The notes under the pieces are model-generated. The model made no database searches. It saw only the letters and a program-made list of their open reading frames with translations, and was not told the origin of the DNA. This document shows, piece by piece, positions 47,561-57,228 of a DNA stretch of 64,000 bases (within the stretch, counting starts at the first letter, position 1; every line of letters starts with the position of its first letter). This DNA comes from a virus. Location: IMG/VR virus record IMGVR_UViG_3300044946_000177, positions 2,301-66,300 of that record; one strand, given 5' to 3'. The position numbers and the translations under genes were made by a program.

Positions 47561-49875
47561 TTCGAATACCTCACTCCCAGTGATGCTTCGGCGTCAAGAG
47601 GAATGTTAGGGAGCCATACCGGTGCCCGGCACATTTCCAACCGACACAGCTCCAATGTCTCTTCCGCCTTCGAGTTGTCAGGAATCAACAGCAGGAGTTC
47701 GTCGTAGGGCCAATTCAAGCTCCTGATCCCGTACTGGCGCTTGATCCGGATCATGGCCTGGCTGACGTGCACGCGCGACACGAATTCCATTATGTTCTGG
47801 CACAACTTGGAAGGCCACATCTTTTTCCAGCCGCGCTTGACTTTCATCCGCCAGTAGCCGTTGCGCTCGAAGTCGCGGCAGTCCTCGTCGGGACCGGGCC
47901 GATGGAATTCGAGGGTATCGTACAGCATGGCTTGGCCCGACGGAAGAATTAACTTGTGGTCCTTCACCAAGAACGGCCCCCATTCCATCGGCGGGCCGCC
48001 TGCGAGGCGCGAAATGATCCTTCCGCACTGCGCCCAGTACCCCGTGTTAGGAGCGCAAACAGCCGGATGACTGTCACGGAAAATTGTCACGAAGCGGTCG
48101 GCTTCTTCCAGGCTCATGTCGACCGGAGGACCATAAAGTCCCGCTTTCGCAGTTTTCTGAAATTGCTTGGCGGCTGCACCATAGATACAATTATGTACAA
48201 TAAAAAAACCGGCAGCAGTCACAACGGTGAATCTGTTCCTCGGCCCGCTGCAAACGAGATCGTAAGTCGGCAAGCTCCTTCTCCAGATCGCGAAGTCGTC
48301 TCCGGTTAGCTGTCTGAGATTCATAGCCTGTGACGGTAAGTTCGCCGAACCGGTTTCCAACGCTAGGGACAGGATGCTTCCTCTTACTCGTGAAGCGGGT
48401 TGCCACGTACTCCCGCACAATACAAGGTGGTCCGGAGTCATGAAAACGCCCTTTCGCTTCACGACGCGCTTTACGCCCTGCGAGATCAAACCCAAGTGCT
48501 CGACCCACTCGCAACCGTCCCATAACAGATCATCAGTAGATACTTCAGTTATGGGTTTTATCCCGTTGTTTGTCAACACTAAAGTATTCGGGCCAAGACA
48601 CATTAAATTCGCTTGTTTCGAGCATCCTCTTTTTTGCTCCATTTCCAGTTTGCGAGGGTCGTCCTTGCCGGGTTTGTAAATTTCTTCGCCGTAAAACTCG
48701 CAGGCCAAGGGTATATAGGGATCCTCGCCGCGACGAAGCCGCTCTACCACGTCGTCTTGCCCCGCCAGCTTCATCGCGAACCTGAATTCAACCTGCGAAG
48801 CATCGACCGGCCCTAGCAGGTATCCTTCCGGCGCCAAAATCGAACGTCGGATAGCGGAACCACGCTTGAAGTTGAGCCAGTTCGCGCCATCGCCTCCCGT
48901 AGGCCGGAGGGTAGCAGCGCCACAGTAGCGCAGATAAACGCACAGAGATCCTCGTTGCGCCATTGTACCCAATGTTTCTGCGCGCGTCTGGAGAAGCGTC
49001 GACTTGGCGCCGATGCGGGCTTCGGCAAGCGTCCGGATGCGATCGTCGTCATGTTCGAGCAGCTCCTGCATGAAATCGTCGTTTTTGGCAAACTGCGGAA
49101 TGTCGCCGTTCTTACCCTGCTTGTATTCGATCTCGACGCCCTCAGCTTCGAGTAGCGCTTGGAATTTAGCGGCAGATTGGACGTCGGCCTCGGTGATTCC
49201 GAGAGCCTTCATGCGCTCCTGTTTGGCGAGAGCTTCGGACTCCCAGAGATCCGCAAGCATTTCGGTATCCGCACGCAGGACTGGATCAACGAACATTCGG
49301 ATTAGAGAGTCAATAACTTCCATCTCCTCCAACGGTATTTTCTTGATCAAACGCGAAAATATCTGCCAGATACTCTCACATTCATCGGCCGCGCCTTCAC
49401 CAATTTGCTGCTGCACGGCGGCCGACAGCTCAAACCAGTGCTTTCCCTTGAACAAATGGTAGGGCGTGGTCTTCGCGCCAATCCCGTTCAACTTGCGTAC
49501 GTTGTCGAGGGAAACGGATTCATGAATAGGATAAAGCAGCCGCGCCATCGACATGGTGCAGGCGTACATCTTTGGGCGTACGCCATAATGATGCGCCAAA
49601 ATCAAACCGTCAAAATTCATATGGTGGCAAATCAGACAAACATCCGACCAATCCTCTTGCGCAAGCACGTGCCGCAGTTGTCGCTCATCGTACCATTTGG
49701 CAAGCGTATCAGGCGCCCACTTGATGCCGGCACAGTGAACCTTGAACCAAGGATGGCGTACATACTCCTCGGTCGTGCAAGCGTTTTCGTTATTACGTTT
49801 AAGTCTATACTCAACGCCGCGAGAATCCTTCTCGCTGGTGAAAAACGTCTCGGCGTCGAATACTACGAACCTCAC
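47557..49875 (-). CDS. family A DNA polymerase with 3'-5' exonuclease and intein
   Basis: FDAET exo I, HHMNFD exo II, DASQVEFR motif A, K..N..(intein)CIYG motif B, YDEL motif C; GTG start overlapping upstream TGA. Confidence 0.92.
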   Translation of the reverse strand: MRFVVFDAETFFTSEKDSRGVEYRLKRNNENACTTEEYVRHPWFKVHCAGIKWAPDTLAKWYDERQLRHVLAQEDWSDVCLICHHMNFDGLILAHHYGVRPKMYACTMSMARLLYPIHESVSLDNVRKLNGIGAKTTPYHLFKGKHWFELSAAVQQQIGEGAADECESIWQIFSRLIKKIPLEEMEVIDSLIRMFVDPVLRADTEMLADLWESEALAKQERMKALGITEADVQSAAKFQALLEAEGVEIEYKQGKNGDIPQFAKNDDFMQELLEHDDDRIRTLAEARIGAKSTLLQTRAETLGTMAQRGSLCVYLRYCGAATLRPTGGDGANWLNFKRGSAIRRSILAPEGYLLGPVDASQVEFRFAMKLAGQDDVVERLRRGEDPYIPLACEFYGEEIYKPGKDDPRKLEMEQKRGCSKQANLMCLGPNTLVLTNNGIKPITEVSTDDLLWDGCEWVEHLGLISQGVKRVVKRKGVFMTPDHLVLCGSTWQPASRVRGSILSLALETGSANLPSQAMNLRQLTGDDFAIWRRSLPTYDLVCSGPRNRFTVVTAAGFFIVHNCIYGAAAKQFQKTAKAGLYGPPVDMSLEEADRFVTIFRDSHPAVCAPNTGYWAQCGRIISRLAGGPPMEWGPFLVKDHKLILPSGQAMLYDTLEFHRPGPDEDCRDFERNGYWRMKVKRGWKKMWPSKLCQNIMEFVSRVHVSQAMIRIKRQYGIRSLNWPYDELLLLIPDNSKAEETLELCRLEMCRAPVWLPNIPLDAEASLGVRYSK
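48190..48600 (-). other. 137-aa mini-intein in polymerase motif B
   Basis: Begins CLGPNTLVLT, TPDH block B, ends VHN followed by Cys. Confidence 0.92.
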
Positions 49876-50162
49876 AACGGCACCACTTTGTAATTGCTCC
49901 ACCGGCCCTGCCCGCTCCAAATCTTGATCCCCTGAGCACCCAGGACCTTGTTCATCTGATGGACGTGCACGTTGATGATCGAGACCGACTCGGCGCCGCC
50001 GTCCGGGTCGTCCGCATAAACGTGTTCCCTGATCTGATCGCCCGTCACGCCCTCGGGATGCTTGCAGACATAGGCGTAGATGCGGCTCTTTACCGACCGC
50101 GCCGAGAACGGATTGTCGGGCGGGATCAGCTGGTGGCAAGTGGGGCAGCAGAACGGTTTCAT
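49872..50162 (-). CDS. OmpR-like winged-helix protein
   Basis: VY.DDPDGG...INVHVHQMNK.L; N-terminal CPTC. Confidence 0.7.
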   Translation of the reverse strand: MKPFCCPTCHQLIPPDNPFSARSVKSRIYAYVCKHPEGVTGDQIREHVYADDPDGGAESVSIINVHVHQMNKVLGAQGIKIWSGQGRWSNYKVVPL

Positions 50163-50410
50163 TTGAACACCTGCGCTTCAAGCTTATCAATTTGCTTCTT
50201 AAGCGAGGCGATCTTTTTGACTCGCATCACGTTTGCGCGCTTGACCGCGGCTTCACGAGTACGATGCCAATCCCGCCCTTCGCCGTGATAGCTGCACGCA
50301 TGCCGATGGCCGGATTTTTTGGTTACCATCGACGGAGCGTTTTCGCTGCAATCGGCTTCGAATTCCTCAATGCCGATCGATAGCGCATATTTGGTTGCGA
50401 AGACTTTCAT
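50159..50410 (-). CDS. hypothetical phage protein
   Basis: TKYAL..GI...WH.T.E.A...KIASLKKQI. Confidence 0.75.
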   Translation of the reverse strand: MKVFATKYALSIGIEEFEADCSENAPSMVTKKSGHRHACSYHGEGRDWHRTREAAVKRANVMRVKKIASLKKQIDKLEAQVFK

Positions 50411-50798
50411 CTAAAACAACTCCAGAGGCCCGCAACGAGCGCGGGGATTGCGGCGAGGGCGAGATGGATCAGGATCCAGGTTCCCATGATATCACCATCC
50501 TGCCGCGATGCACGCGAGACAAAAGAACAACGTGATGAAATCTAAGAGAATACTATATTTGTCCGTATCCTTGCGCACAGCGCGTCCGATTTCGGACCCT
50601 GCTACAAGGATCGCCAGGGCAATGCCGCGCATCATAACGGCCTCATCAATTTGCGCATCTTGCGCGTGAGCTCGCGACCCTGTCGGATGCGTTCCTGCCG
50701 GCGCTTCTCATGGCGCCGTTCCAATTCGAAAAAGATGAACCAGGATACGGAACTGGCGATGAAGGCCAGGGAAGACAGAAATCCGAGAGTGTGAAGGT

Positions 50799-51548
50799 TC
50801 ATGGCGTCCCCCTTGGCGCGGCTTTGATCAGCTCAATCAACTTATGAGCCATGAGGATATACGCGGCGCTCTCGGCGCTCCACGCGGCGCTCTTGGCGCT
50901 CCTCGCGGCGCTCTCGGCGCTCCTCGCGGCGCTCCACGCGGCGCTCCACGCGGCGCTCCACGCGGCGCTCTCGGCGCTCCTCGCGGCGCTCTCGGCGCTC
51001 TCGGCGCTCTCGGCGCTCTCGGCGCTCCTCGCGGCGCTCCTCGCGGCGCTCTCGGCGCTCCTCGCGGCGCTCCACGCGGCGCTCCACGCGGCGCTCCTCG
51101 CGGCGCTCTCGGCGCCCGAATCAAGTCCTTTCGCTCGCAGTTCCAATACAGCGGCGCATTTTTTTATTGCATCGGATACAATCGGATGGTTAATACCGGA
51201 ATTAACTTGGTCGTCGGTCAGCAACCAATGCAGAAATTGCCAACCTACGCGCGACAAGTCAGCGCCGGACTGTACAGCAGACATGAACTGGACAGGCCAT
51301 TTTTTTGCGAGGTCGTTCGGAAGCCCTTCAAAAATGCAATCCTCCAAATGCGCCAGCATTTGAGGGATACCAAAGCGCTTTTCGTACTCGACATGATTGC
51401 CGGAATGGATCGTACAGCCGATCGCACACCCCTTTTCGTATTCCCAATATCTGCCTTTAACCAATTGATCGGCCTTGGCGTGCGCTTCCAGCTGTCTGAG
51501 AATGGCGGGCTTGGTGACGGTCGTGTTGACGAATGCGAGCATGGTCAT
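50799..51548 (-). CDS. phage protein with SAE/SAAR/SAAW repeats
   Basis: GCAIGC...IFEGLP N-domain plus repeat tract. Confidence 0.8.
   Translation of the reverse strand: MTMLAFVNTTVTKPAILRQLEAHAKADQLVKGRYWEYEKGCAIGCTIHSGNHVEYEKRFGIPQMLAHLEDCIFEGLPNDLAKKWPVQFMSAVQSGADLSRVGWQFLHWLLTDDQVNSGINHPIVSDAIKKCAAVLELRAKGLDSGAESAARSAAWSAAWSAARSAESAARSAARSAESAESAESAESAARSAESAAWSAAWSAAWSAARSAESAARSAKSAAWSAESAAYILMAHKLIELIKAAPRGTP
50862..51116. repeat. mixed 9/12-bp tandem repeat
   Basis: ggcgctc core followed by tc, cacgc or ctcgc. Confidence 0.95.
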
Positions 51549-51549
51549 G

Positions 51550-51759
51550 TCACGCGACCTCGACAAGATGGTCGGGCGGAAAACCGACGGAGTCACCATT
51601 CGTAAAATCAATCCGAACGCAAGTCGGCGTTTCGGTTTCCATGGCGTAGACTTCCGCATACTCAAATTCCCAACAATCCGATGTAGCGTAGCGATCGCCT
51701 TGCAAGTCTAAGCGATCGCCGACGCTTAATTCGTCGATTCGTTTTGTAGACGGTACCAT
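51550..51759 (-). CDS. hypothetical protein, first gene of leftward arm
   Basis: GGGAG RBS. Confidence 0.7.
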   Translation of the reverse strand: MVPSTKRIDELSVGDRLDLQGDRYATSDCWEFEYAEVYAMETETPTCVRIDFTNGDSVGFPPDHLVEVA

Positions 51760-51784
51760 TTCCCGAACTCCCCTTCGTTTTTAC

Positions 51785-51876
51785 AATTTCAATAATTAAT
51801 CCGCCAAAACGGCCAAGTCAAGCGAAATTGTAGTGAAAAGTTGGGGCTTGACGCGCGGGCGTGGCCGGGAGGACAC
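51785..51876. promoter_or_regulatory. divergent sigma70-type promoters
   Basis: Minus-strand TTGACT (51816-51821) with AT-rich -10; plus-strand TTGACG at 51848. Confidence 0.55.
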
Positions 51877-52054
51877 TCACCGCCCCGCTCGGTGCCCGTT
51901 CCCTTGGGAGGCGCGCGGAAAAGAAAAGCCCCGGCAAAGGGTTGAGGCCTTGCCAGGGTAAAGTGGTTCTAGGGGAGGAACGTGAATCCAGCGACCAAAG
52001 CCGCCGACTCTTGTTTTATGCCGGGCGGCGGCAAAATGCAAGAGGAATTTTTTC

Positions 52055-52252
52055 ATGTGTGACTGCATCGAACGCGTTGATAACGACCTTCGAAAATACA
52101 ACGCTGCGATCGAAACGAACATTTTTGGCACTCCGATAGCCCTTGTACGCCTTTACAAGGTCGACGAGAAAAAACGAGGCAAGCCGCCATTGCTCCAAGC
52201 TGCTTTTTGCCCGTTCTGCGGTGAAAAGTACCAGCGGAGCGAATGTAAATGA
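52055..52252 (+). CDS. small Cys-motif protein
   Basis: CDC...CPFCG; GAGG RBS. Confidence 0.7.
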   Translation: MCDCIERVDNDLRKYNAAIETNIFGTPIALVRLYKVDEKKRGKPPLLQAAFCPFCGEKYQRSECK

Positions 52253-54531
52253 GCGCGATGCTGGAAGCCGCGTTAAGGTACGCCGCCCTCGGCTGGTCTG
52301 TTTTTCCCATCCATTCGATCCGGTTTGACGGCAAGTGCGGTTGCGGCAAAGAAGAATGCTGGAAAAACCCAAAAAACGCCGGAAAACATCCTCGGATCAA
52401 GTGGAAGGCCGGCGCGACGTGCGACGTCGAGACGGTGCGCGCGTATTGGACGAAATGGCCCAACGCGGGCATCGGCTGCGCAACGGGCCCGTCCGGCCTG
52501 CTGGTCGCGGATGGCGACGCGGCGGAAGGCATTCTGGCGCTGCGCGCGGTGGCTGGGCCCCTGCCTCCCACCGCGCGCAGCCGGACGGCGCGAGGCGTGC
52601 ACGTCTTCTTTCGGGGGCAGGGAGGCACGCGGTCGGATCCCAATCGGAAGCTCGATACGAGAGGCACGGGCGGATACGTAGTGCTTCCGCCGAGCCCGCA
52701 CGTCTCGGGGCACATTTACCGGTGGGAGGTCGAGCCGGAAGCCGGGATCGCGGAGGCGCCCGAGACGCTCGTGGCTTGGTCACTGGAAAAGAAGCGCCGC
52801 TTCGCCACTGTGCCGGGTACCCAGTTCAGCGAAGCGGCGCCCGCGCCCAGGACAGGCGACGATGACTTTACCACTAAACTTTCAGGCGCGCTAGTCGACT
52901 GGCACGAGATCGATCAAGCGCTGCGCACGATCCCGGCCGACTGCAAGATGGACACGTGGATCCGCGTCGGCATGGCGCTGCACGCCACGGGAGACAGCGG
53001 CGCGCTGGCGCGGTGGGACCAATGGAGCTCCAAGGGGGGCGACAAGTACCGCGGCCAGACCGAGACGGCGTACAAATGGACGACGTTCAAAGCGGGGGGA
53101 GGCGTGGGGCTCGGGACGCTGTTTGCGATCGCAAGGGAGCACGGTTTCAGAAGGGAGGTGATGCAATTTGACGCCGGTGGGAAACACCCCGATGAGACGA
53201 GGCCCCCGCTCTTGAACGGAGCGGGGGCCGAAACGCCTCACGGGATGAACGGGCACGCATCCGCACTGCCCGCCAGTTTCCGGGAGACGGCCATCCACTT
53301 CCCGGACGTGACCGAAGGGGGGAAGGTCAAGGCGACCTGCCGGAACGTGCGCATCGCCATGCGGCACCTCGGAATCACGGCCGAAGAGGACGAATTTCAT
53401 GATCGAATGCGAATAGGGGGGCAGCCGCTCGGGCAGTGGGCAGGCGAATTGACCGACAACGCAGTTTTTGCTCTGCGCTCGCTGATCGAGCACGAATACG
53501 GGTTCGATCCGCCCACGACCGCGACGTTCGAGGCAGCCGTGCAAGAGTGCATTGCGCGCCGGCACCACCCCATCAAGAATTATTTCGAATCATTGCAATG
53601 GGATCGTACGCCCAGGCTTGACACATGGCTGTGCCGCTACCTCGGCGCGGACGATAATCCTTTCAATCGGGCCGTGTCGCGCCTTAGCCTGATAGCCGCG
53701 GTCCGGCGCATACTCCAACCGGGGTGTAAATTCGATCAGATCATCGTCCTGGAGGGCGTTGAGGGAAAAGGAAAAAGCTCAGCGATCGAAATCTTGGCGG
53801 GAAGCGACAATTTCAGCGACCAATTAATTTTAGGACTCCGCGACAAAGAGCAACAGGAAGTGATCCAAGGCGTGTGGCTGTACGAAATTGCGGATCTCGC
53901 GGGCCACGGCCACGCGGAAGTCGAGAAGGTCAAGGCGTTTGCCTCTCGCACCATCGACAGGGCCAGGCCCGCTTATGGGAGAAAGCGCATCGACATCCCA
54001 AGGAGGTGCATATTTTTTGGCACAACCAACGATAAGTCCTATCTGAAGTCGCAAACGGGGAATCGACGCTTTTGGCCGGTGGAGTGCCGCCACGTCGATC
54101 TGGAGGCGCTACGGCGCGATCGGGATCAGCTGTGGGCCGAAGCCGTGCTCGCGGAGCGGGGCGCGTCCCTGGTGCTCCCGGAGGTGTTGTGGGGGTCCGC
54201 CGCGGCGCTCCAGGAAAGCAGGCGGGCGCACGATCCATGGGACGACAAGCTTTCGAACCTGGAGCGGACGACTTGGGCGAAGCTGGTCGAAACGGCAGAC
54301 GGCGCCGGCGAGTGGCGGGTGCCGTCGCGCACGCTGCTGGACGACGTGCTGGGACTGCCGAGCGACCGACAAAGCGACGTCGCCGCAAAGCGCTTGGCGT
54401 ACGCGATGCGACGACTTGGCTGGGAATGCAGGCTGTTCAGGATCGAGGGCGTACCCCACAGGGGGTATGTCAAGAGCGCTGATGCTTCCATCGCGGCGAA
54501 CCCGCCCAGTGGCCAGTCGATCAAAAAATAA
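52249..54531 (+). CDS. bifunctional primase-polymerase + PriCT-2 + VapE-like SF3 helicase
   Basis: ALRYAALGWSVFP, GGYVVLPPS.H; WIRVGMAL..WDQWS; GVEGKGKS, GTTN...TGNRRFWP. Confidence 0.92.
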   Translation: MSAMLEAALRYAALGWSVFPIHSIRFDGKCGCGKEECWKNPKNAGKHPRIKWKAGATCDVETVRAYWTKWPNAGIGCATGPSGLLVADGDAAEGILALRAVAGPLPPTARSRTARGVHVFFRGQGGTRSDPNRKLDTRGTGGYVVLPPSPHVSGHIYRWEVEPEAGIAEAPETLVAWSLEKKRRFATVPGTQFSEAAPAPRTGDDDFTTKLSGALVDWHEIDQALRTIPADCKMDTWIRVGMALHATGDSGALARWDQWSSKGGDKYRGQTETAYKWTTFKAGGGVGLGTLFAIAREHGFRREVMQFDAGGKHPDETRPPLLNGAGAETPHGMNGHASALPASFRETAIHFPDVTEGGKVKATCRNVRIAMRHLGITAEEDEFHDRMRIGGQPLGQWAGELTDNAVFALRSLIEHEYGFDPPTTATFEAAVQECIARRHHPIKNYFESLQWDRTPRLDTWLCRYLGADDNPFNRAVSRLSLIAAVRRILQPGCKFDQIIVLEGVEGKGKSSAIEILAGSDNFSDQLILGLRDKEQQEVIQGVWLYEIADLAGHGHAEVEKVKAFASRTIDRARPAYGRKRIDIPRRCIFFGTTNDKSYLKSQTGNRRFWPVECRHVDLEALRRDRDQLWAEAVLAERGASLVLPEVLWGSAAALQESRRAHDPWDDKLSNLERTTWAKLVETADGAGEWRVPSRTLLDDVLGLPSDRQSDVAAKRLAYAMRRLGWECRLFRIEGVPHRGYVKSADASIAANPPSGQSIKK

Positions 54532-54715
54532 TTTCTCTGTCGTCCTCTTGTTGCGTAACTAGGTGCCCTAGCTTGTGGTCGGGATCGCCATCTTTTTTCT
54601 CCGGTTTTCCAAAGTCGCGCTCGTACTGCACTTCACACACCGCGTCCTTGACGCGCTGCGAGTGCATCAAGCAGTTCGCTATGGCCAGCAGCAGTTCCAG
54701 TTGTGCCTTGGTCAT
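54521..54715 (-). CDS. hypothetical protein
   Basis: AAGGGA RBS. Confidence 0.5.
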   Translation of the reverse strand: MTKAQLELLLAIANCLMHSQRVKDAVCEVQYERDFGKPEKKDGDPDHKLGHLVTQQEDDREIIF

Positions 54716-54759
54716 GTTCGTTGTCCCTTCATTTGCTGCGTCAAAGATAGCAAAATCCG

Positions 54760-55240
54760 AAAGCGTTTAATAATCACGAAATATTTCAGCCTGAAATAAT
54801 CGATCAAAACGGTAACACGGCGTAACGCCGCGGTGTTACCAAAATTTATTAGCGTTTTCAATTTGGTAACATCTGTAACAGGAGTAACACCAATAAGTAA
54901 GACTAGTTGGATAATAGGAGTTATTATTAATACATAGGATTATATTCCAGAATCTTACAGGTGTAGGGGAGCGGTGTGACGCGGTGTGCGCGCCGTTACA
55001 CCATTGAAATCATTGTGGAATAAAAACGAAATCAGTGTTTTGGTTGGCTGTTACGGGTTTCCGCGTCTGCAGGTTGAACTTGGGTAGCTTATTACCTCTT
55101 TTGAAACAAAGTTGCGCAAATCTGGGTGCTTTTTGCAACTTTATGTGTTAACATATGCAGTTTTACAATAGGAAAAATCAGGTTTTCCTATAGGTGCTTA
55201 GGTGCTACAATACCTTTTTTGCTGAAACGAGCGCAGAAAA
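54760..55240. other. candidate replication origin
   Basis: AT-rich, non-coding, many GTAAC/GTTAC motifs next to primase-helicase. Confidence 0.6.
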
Positions 55241-55247
55241 AATCCGT

Positions 55248-55275
55248 TTGACTCCCGTTTTAAATCGTGTTTAAT
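55248..55275 (+). promoter_or_regulatory. early promoter overlapping a TTAA-N7-TTAA box
   Basis: TTGACT...TTTAAT; ttaa atcgtgt ttaa at 55260-55274. Confidence 0.6.
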
Positions 55276-55337
55276 AATTGTTGCGCCAATCAGGGCGCTT
55301 TCGGCCCTTCGTGGTGGCCGGGGCAACATGAAAGGGA

Positions 55338-55625
55338 ATGAGGGAAATGAACAAAATAATTAGGGGCGATTGGATGGAAAACGGCTATCGCTCAACTTTG
55401 GCCAAGCGGGAGTTGCGCATCACTATCGTGGATGGAAAGGCTTATGATCAGGAAATGTATGCATTTCCGTGCGGTCAACCGCTATTTAATGCGCGCCTTC
55501 AGCTAGATGCTTATGGCAACGTATCTGCTTACGGCGCCGTCTGGGAATTCCTGCCGGACGATGGCGAGATAGAGCGTGTTGGCGGTACCAGCTTTTTCTT
55601 GGAAGGGCGTCTAAACGGGGGATGA
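55338..55625 (+). CDS. early hypothetical protein
   Basis: Own promoter and terminator. Confidence 0.65.
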   Translation: MREMNKIIRGDWMENGYRSTLAKRELRITIVDGKAYDQEMYAFPCGQPLFNARLQLDAYGNVSAYGAVWEFLPDDGEIERVGGTSFFLEGRLNGG

Positions 55626-55658
55626 TTCGCTAGTCGGTCTCCCGCTTCGGATCATGCA

Positions 55659-55684
55659 AGGCCGCTAATTCATCGGCCTTTTTC
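55659..55684 (+). terminator. intrinsic terminator
   Basis: aggccg/cggcct stem plus T run. Confidence 0.65.
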
Positions 55685-55704
55685 TTTGCTTCACGTTCCT
55701 CCGC

Positions 55705-55775
55705 TTGACGCGTTCCTTGATTCGTGCTTTAATAATTGCGTCGAAACATCTTGGAAGGGGAGTAAGGGAAATGAC
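55705..55775 (+). promoter_or_regulatory. repeated promoter-RBS block, copy A
   Basis: TTGACG-17-TTTAAT; 50/53 identical to 56297-56349. Confidence 0.8.
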
Positions 55776-56100
55776 GCAACACTACAGTGATCCAAGTCGC
55801 GAATCAGATAAATGGGCTCTGCCTGACATTGAAGTGTTTCAGCTTACAGCGCGCGAAGTTGCGGAACGGGATGAGGATGCGATTTACGAATACATGAAAG
55901 ACCCTAGGTTCAAGCTTGCCGCGATGAACGGTCGAATCCGTGATGCGATGTTTGATGAAATGATTGAGGATGAGGGTATTACCGGCGGTTGGTTTTACTG
56001 GTATTGTTTTCCTGGATGCATGCCAGAAGGCGATGCTATGGGGCCGTACGATACGCATGCTGAAGCGCTGGCTGCGGCGCAAGAGGACGCTGCTGGTTGA
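55771..56100 (+). CDS. early acidic protein
   Basis: GWFYWYCFPGCMP..GP..T..EA. Confidence 0.75.
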   Translation: MTQHYSDPSRESDKWALPDIEVFQLTAREVAERDEDAIYEYMKDPRFKLAAMNGRIRDAMFDEMIEDEGITGGWFYWYCFPGCMPEGDAMGPYDTHAEALAAAQEDAAG

Positions 56101-56247
56101 ATTGCTTGGGATTGTCTCGGCGGCTGCGCGTACAAGACGATTCGCGAGTTTTACGAAGCGCACCGCAAATATAAGGAACGCACGTATTTTGGCGACATGG
56201 TGCGAGAGGCGATATCGTACTTGGAAATCGCAGCAATAAACACCTTC

Positions 56248-56276
56248 AAGAGCGGCCAATTCGGCCGCTCTTTTTT
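56248..56276 (+). terminator. intrinsic terminator
   Basis: gagcggcc aattc ggccgctc ttttt. Confidence 0.8.
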
Positions 56277-56277
56277 C

Positions 56278-56349
56278 TTGACACCCGAGCCAAAGCCGTG
56301 CTTTAATAATTGCGGCGAAACACCTTGGAAGGGGAGTAAGGAAAATGAC
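56278..56349 (+). promoter_or_regulatory. repeated promoter-RBS block, copy B
   Basis: TTGACA-18-TTTAAT. Confidence 0.8.
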
Positions 56350-56794
56350 ACGTTGGAAATACATGGGTGATGTTAGCCTGGAGTATGGCGGGACGTTTTA
56401 CGATTTTTCGACGTTCAAAGACGGTTATGTCGATGCAGTTGAAGTTACCGATCTGGACAGCGCTTCGGGTTTTCGCGGTGCGGTTATGATAGAACGGAAG
56501 TCAATTATTATTGACGAAAAACGAGTGCGGCAATCGCTAAGCGTGATCGGTGCTTCGTTATTGGAGAATGGCGATATAGACGATAATGGGCGGATTGTTG
56601 CCAAGGGTACGGCGCAGCATCGTTTTATTCAGGCTTACGCTTGCCAAGTTTACGGGCATTACGACACTGATTCGCACGTTATTGTTCAGCTTGAACGCGA
56701 CGGCCCTATGCAATGCGATGGTTGGAAGGCGGAAAAACGCCTGCGGGCAAACGCCAGTTTGGAGCGTTACGTGCGGCGGGAATTTTTGCGTTAA
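56345..56794 (+). CDS. early hypothetical protein
   Basis: WKYMGDV..EYGG. Confidence 0.75.
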   Translation: MTRWKYMGDVSLEYGGTFYDFSTFKDGYVDAVEVTDLDSASGFRGAVMIERKSIIIDEKRVRQSLSVIGASLLENGDIDDNGRIVAKGTAQHRFIQAYACQVYGHYDTDSHVIVQLERDGPMQCDGWKAEKRLRANASLERYVRREFLR

Positions 56795-57228
56795 GCGCTT
56801 TTCTCAGGGGCGCGTTCAAGGGCCAGCAAATTGCTGGCCTTTTTCTTTTCGCGTTCCTCCGCTTGTTTCGCGCGCCACGCGTGCAGCTGCGCTGTGCCTC
56901 GGATTGCTGGGCCTGGTCCGCGTTTAGCGAGCGAGCGCGCCACGTTTTTGAGCGCCGTAGCGCGCCGCTCTAATTCATGCCGAATCATTTCCGACGCCCA
57001 ATCGGGCGGGATGCGATGACCATAGCGCCAATTGCGAATTGTCGCGTATTGCGCGCGATGTTCGAAGAAATTGATGAGCTTGTCACGGGTGTAGGGCGGC
57101 TCGATTAGGAGCACCATTGCGCGCCAGAAAGGCGATGCTTCCGTCTTGCCCGGGAGCGAATCGCGGTGCTCTAGAGGCTTGCTATCGCGCGCGGCAAGGG
57201 CAAATTCCGATTGTCGGTCAAGCGTCAT
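56791..57228 (-). CDS. hypothetical DNA-binding-like protein
   Basis: TIRNWRYG.R.PP resembles an HTH end. Confidence 0.45.
   Translation of the reverse strand: MTLDRQSEFALAARDSKPLEHRDSLPGKTEASPFWRAMVLLIEPPYTRDKLINFFEHRAQYATIRNWRYGHRIPPDWASEMIRHELERRATALKNVARSLAKRGPGPAIRGTAQLHAWRAKQAEEREKKKASNLLALERAPEKSA
56820..56844 (+). terminator. intrinsic terminator
   Basis: ggccagc aaatt gctggcc ttttt. Confidence 0.75.

Noticed and set aside
49876-50190. Long N-terminal extension of the polymerase in the ORF track
   Set aside because: Overlaps the wHTH gene; GTG 49875 precedes the exo I motif
50862-51116. Repeat tract as CRISPR or DGR
   Set aside because: No unique spacers, cas operon or reverse transcriptase; it is a coding repeat
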